Positions 51,958-53,850 of a DNA stretch of 53,850 nt are shown here, one piece after another (the first letter of the stretch is position 1; every line of letters begins with the position of its first letter). The stretch comes from Atractiella rhizophila (lineage: Eukaryota). The DNA lies in assembly GCA_021432655.1 (NCBI GenBank), contig MU271488.1, positions 1 through 53,850 of the forward strand, given 5' to 3'. The notes under the pieces are model-generated. The model saw nothing but the letters and a program-made list of their open reading frames with translations, made no database searches and was not told the origin of the DNA. The position numbers were made by a program, and so were the translations under genes.

Positions 51958-53524
51958 CTACAGAATACGCCGCTCAAAAGGTTCATATTCATCTGGCCGA
52001 CTTAAGCTAAGACTGTTATGCCCTTCCTGTTGTTGTCCTTGTGGTTCACCGTAAAGTTGTTCGATCTGCGCCAAACTACCTCTATTTATACCTCTTTCAG
52101 CTTCTGAAGTGATTGAAAGTTCTGGCAGTCGCGGGACGGAGGCGCTCATTCGATTCCCGTGATGTACGATGTCAAGCGAGACCTTTCGACGGTGTTCTCC
52201 GTCGTAAGACGTGACGTCTATGGGTCGGGCGACGATAGATTCACGCGAACGGTTGATGGAATCTTGAGGATAACTGGTAGAATCTCGATCGCGAGTCTGT
52301 GGATAAATGATGGACTCTCGTCGATGGAGGGTTTCCTGAATATTGTCGGGCTCTTGAGTCTCCGGGAGCTGCCTGTCCCAATAAGCCTCTTTCGAACTCG
52401 TAGCGGCGGTCGACGGGGGTGAGTGGCCATAGGAAGCATTCCGAGCGTCGTAGCTTGTGCTTGGGGGGTACGAGATGGCGTAGGTGGTGCTTTGAGGTAG
52501 GAGAGAGTTTACCCCAGAGGCTGGGGCAGGGATAACGATTCGATTCGAGACAGATGCAACTGCTGTCGATTAGCTAGCGATCCTGGTTGAAGCATTGCGA
52601 ATTCACCTCCATCTTTCTCCACGAATACTGAGCCGGTTTGCGTCACATAGCTCATACCCCGACCCCTAACAGCTCCCTCGCCTTCTTCTTCGGTCAGGGT
52701 TCTTCGCCGTCGTCGTAGGTACCACCAAGCGATGCCACCAATCAACAGGGCTGTATGCACGTAGTTAAAAGATAGTTTGGTTTTAATGGCCAGCTGTGAC
52801 CCACCTGACAGTGCACCAACAATCCCGCCAGCAATAGCTCCTGCATTACTCCCTCCTTCGCTCTGTGGAGCAGCAACCATGACGAGTTTGACATCGTCCA
52901 GTCGAAGACCGCCTACGGCGTCCCAAGTGAAGCTGAGGACATCGTTCTCACCACTCACGAAAGAGTGAGCAAAAGGTGTATAAGGGCCCGAGTCCACACT
53001 CCCTTTCGGTACAGCTCCTGTTAGCGTCTCCTGCCCGAGCTTGACAACCATGCCATTCGGCACAGGATCGTCGGCACAATCCCAGCAGTAAGCAGAGAGG
53101 CTAAGCTGGTATTGGCCTTTTGGAAGAGTACTTGTGTTCTGTGAAAGGGTGCAGGATTCGAAAATGTAGGCGTAGCCAGAGCCGGACGAGGCGAAGTGAT
53201 CCTTAATGCCTGGTCCTACGAGATCGACGCCTGCATTGCAAAACATCTTAGCATTAACTCCTCTACCGTTGAGCGGATTCCAGTCCGAAGATAGCATCAG
53301 CGGCGCTGGTGACAACAACGCACTACCCCTCTGAAAGTCGACAAGTCGAGAAGCTCACCACAACATGAAGCGTCCACCACACCATTCTTTGTGCACACCC
53401 ACGGCGCCATGGCAGTCCCATTATTCTCGAACCCGCCATTAAGAATTATACTTGTTCCTTCCTGTGATGAGACGACGGCGAGGAAAGAAAAAGATAAGAT
53501 GTTGAGGAGGAGGAAGGGTATCAT
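51958..53524 (-). CDS. Single-pass type I membrane protein with an extracellular NGGFE (CBM4/9-like, galactose-binding-like) domain
   Basis: Signal peptide MIPFLLLNILSFSFLAVVSS, IILNGGFE...W, LRLDDVKL, TM GAIAGGIVG...WWYLRRRRR, disordered tail. Tail splicing is uncertain. Confidence 0.75.
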
Positions 53525-53850
53525 GTCGACTCCTGAGATTCGAGATTCAGGAGGACATCCAATGTGGGTATCGTTTAAGACTGACTGCAGGAGAACGTGT
53601 GGGTATTAGCCTATTAGGTCCTTTCGGCACTCTGCTCTGACGGGATGCGCTATCAAGCGATTCAATCATTGAGGTAAACATGACAGCTATGGGCATGTGG
53701 ACTCACAGCAAATACCAACTAATCCTCCGAGGGTGATGAGTCTGAGTTAAGGAGAGTGAAAGAGAGTGTGGGTTCTGTCTAAGTGCAAAGTGGAGGCAAC
53801 CTGGAGAGGAGCAACTACATAAATAATCGTCGTCGAATACTTGTCCGCAA

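Overview
Eukaryotic fungal genomic DNA, probably basidiomycete (dense genes, many ~50-nt GT-AG introns). Genes in order: Argonaute with an intact DEDH tetrad (-), YOR238W/DUF218-like protein, cyclase-family hydrolase, conserved hypothetical protein, VPS15 (two partial copies), PITSLRE kinase CDK11/10, RNA Pol III largest subunit RPC1, INO1, ELL/occludin-domain protein head-to-head with YAF9, HAD hydrolase, a HExxH protein in a 2.24-kb tandem duplication, GH2 beta-mannosidase, BC10/BLCAP, uridine/purine phosphorylase, a 573-N gap and a single-pass membrane protein. Most notable: (1) about 1.8 kb next to the gap (49095-50879) reads as genes only when reversed without complementing, and hides one complete small gene plus the end of another; (2) a CUG-initiated spliced uORF candidate in the INO1 leader; (3) unusually long, hairpin-rich introns in YAF9 (1019 nt, GC-AG, with a snR30/U17-like motif set) and RPC1 (414 nt); (4) two duplications whose copies differ in coding sequence only at synonymous sites where I compared them, which suggests uncollapsed haplotypes. 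Gene models were spliced by eye and no database searches were run.
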